From: Escherichia phage DaisyDussoix
Sequence record: MZ501058
Strand: one strand, 5' to 3'
Length of the DNA: 64,000 bases
The notes beneath the pieces were generated by a model, which was not told the DNA's origin, searched no databases, and worked only from the letters and a program-made list of their open reading frames with translations. Below, piece by piece: positions 62,233 through 64,000 of this stretch (position 1 is the stretch's first letter; each line of letters opens with the position of its first letter). A program made the position numbers and the translations under genes.

Positions 62233-63990
62233 ATGGGTTTTTTCGCTGGAAAATATAGCGATGGTAAGACCGTACTATCTTTAAATACTGAATCTGGTGG
62301 TGACATTAATCGTCACTATAGTCCAAATGCCAATAGTATTTTTCATAGTGATATGCCATTTGTCCTAGTTGATGGTACTTATGAGGCTGGGTTAGGAAAT
62401 GCCGGAAATGGGTTTTTTGTATGTCAGATGCCCTCTGACATAATAAATATTAAATCTAACGATCCTGGTAGAGTTATATTAACTGCTATTGAGATTAATG
62501 GTACTCACAGAGCTTTTCTTAATGGTACTCAGAGTAAGGTGGGTCAAACTATAGTTGCCACTCAAGCAGATCCTTTTAGATCTTTTGCTAGTGTTTCCCA
62601 GACTAGTGGATTTGCATTTGGTAATAGCCTGGCATCTGGTACATATAACTATAATCCATCTATAGGGCATGAAGAATCTATTTCTAGGAATGGTACTGGT
62701 GGAACTACCCTACATAGTACGTATCATGGTATAGTTAGGCCAGGTGCAGGAGCTCCAGTAGGGGTTACTGTTGCAAAAGCTTTTGCACAGTTAGGATTCC
62801 CTACTAATAGTAGTACAGTACCTATAGATGGGAATAACCAAAATTACTGGGACCCAGGATGGATGTCTCCTTTAGGATCAGCACACAGAGGGCACGATTG
62901 GTTCTATGTTTGTAACTCTAACATACGTGGGTATGGTGGGGTAAGACAAGGTCTTCCTGGTAATGTAAATACTATGTATCATGATGGGGGTAATAGGTTT
63001 GTTTGTAGGGGTTCTACAACTAATTTAGCTAATCAATCTGGTGATTCTACAATACTACAAGATTGGTATAACATAACTCCTACTAAAGTTATTTGGTACG
63101 TTTTGAATTTAAGATACTCAAATGGTGGTATGAGTATCTCTGGTAATCCTTTTACTGGTTCAGATATTCTTATATCTCCTTCTAATTTCATAATTAAAGG
63201 GGTTAGTCTTCCCAATACTGGATACAAGTTTATTAACCAGAACGCTTTCGGTAACTTAGGTTATAGACCAGATATGGAATATATTGGAAATAATGCAGCA
63301 TATACTGGGGCCTTTGGGGATACCACCGCAAGGTGCGAACTTGTAGGTTCTAGTAACGGGAGTTTATGGTCTCCTGTGGACTATGGAGGGGCTAAGTCTC
63401 AAATTAGTATTTACAAATTCGGAGCTGGTAAGCAATGGTACGTAAACTCTAATGATAATACTATCGGTAATGGACACGGGGTTGTTTGGGGACCATCAGC
63501 AGTTCCATTACGACTTTTTGGTGGAAATGTAGGTAGTTCTTATATGGGAGATGATATTACCCCCAGCTACCCAGGAACAGGAGATAGATACGTTGGTTTA
63601 TCAACTATTGGGCTAGGTATACCGGGTGGCAATGCTACAGTAATTCTTACCACTGAAGTTATATCAGGTAATCTTAACTGTGCAGGTGTCCCTGCTAATA
63701 CATGGAATAACGGTGTGTTTCAGGTGCAAGGAAGAAGAGCATATAGTTATAGTAATGGTGACGCGATATTCCACCAGATTTTAACATTACCAGTAGGGTA
63801 TTTAGTACCTTTTCATACTACATCTGCTTTTAGATACACACCTAACAATGCCCTAAGTAGAAATAGTTTTATATATACTGCTAAAAATCTGGGGAATGGA
63901 AATGTAGAGTTAGGGGTAGTTATGCACGTAAGTTTAGGTAGTGCAGTTTTTCTACCTAGATTAAGAGTAACAGTTCAACGCCTTACCTAA
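62233..63990 (+). CDS. receptor-binding tail protein (pb5/Oad-like)
   Basis: 585 aa; N-terminus MGFFAGKYSDGKTVLSLNTESGGDINRHYSPNANSIFHSDMP resembles my recollection of T5 pb5; Gly/Asn/Thr-rich. Confidence 0.6.
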   Translation: MGFFAGKYSDGKTVLSLNTESGGDINRHYSPNANSIFHSDMPFVLVDGTYEAGLGNAGNGFFVCQMPSDIINIKSNDPGRVILTAIEINGTHRAFLNGTQSKVGQTIVATQADPFRSFASVSQTSGFAFGNSLASGTYNYNPSIGHEESISRNGTGGTTLHSTYHGIVRPGAGAPVGVTVAKAFAQLGFPTNSSTVPIDGNNQNYWDPGWMSPLGSAHRGHDWFYVCNSNIRGYGGVRQGLPGNVNTMYHDGGNRFVCRGSTTNLANQSGDSTILQDWYNITPTKVIWYVLNLRYSNGGMSISGNPFTGSDILISPSNFIIKGVSLPNTGYKFINQNAFGNLGYRPDMEYIGNNAAYTGAFGDTTARCELVGSSNGSLWSPVDYGGAKSQISIYKFGAGKQWYVNSNDNTIGNGHGVVWGPSAVPLRLFGGNVGSSYMGDDITPSYPGTGDRYVGLSTIGLGIPGGNATVILTTEVISGNLNCAGVPANTWNNGVFQVQGRRAYSYSNGDAIFHQILTLPVGYLVPFHTTSAFRYTPNNALSRNSFIYTAKNLGNGNVELGVVMHVSLGSAVFLPRLRVTVQRLT

Positions 63991-64000
63991 AGGAGGAAAT

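Overview
This window reads as a T5-like siphophage (Tequintavirus-type) genome segment, in reverse orientation relative to the usual T5 map. From left to right: (1) a minus-strand operon with anaerobic RNR NrdD, a Sir2-like protein, a HAD phosphatase and two tandem paralogs (0.9-6.0 kb); (2) a plus-strand early region driven by about 25 near-identical T5-type promoters (TTGCT...TGTATAAT), encoding PhoH, NrdA/NrdB, DHFR, thymidylate synthase, RNase H, a DEDD exonuclease, a cell-wall hydrolase, dNMP kinase, a ClpP-like protease, holin/endolysin, a spanin-like pair, and Ser/Thr and metallo-phosphatases; (3) a tRNA cluster (about 19.9-31.3 kb, roughly 26 tRNA or tRNA-like genes) interleaved with HNH and T5orf172 homing-endonuclease-like genes, small ORFs and several non-tRNA structured RNA candidates; (4) a 1.7 kb ORF-free repeat block (49.9-51.6 kb) with iteron-like direct repeats, palindromes and DnaA boxes; (5) a GC-richer pre-early-like region: a 3.6 kb minus-strand operon of unknown genes bounded by about 180 bp imperfect inverted repeats carrying DnaA boxes and a near-consensus LexA box, then plus-strand genes resembling T5 A2, A1 and dmp; (6) a run of tiny membrane proteins, an Llp-like lipoprotein and a pb5-like receptor-binding protein. 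The adjacency of early, pre-early and late genes suggests a collapsed terminal repeat or a permuted assembly. All calls rest on reading the sequence by eye and on recalled family motifs; no searches were run, and coordinates of RNA features may be off by 1-3 nt.
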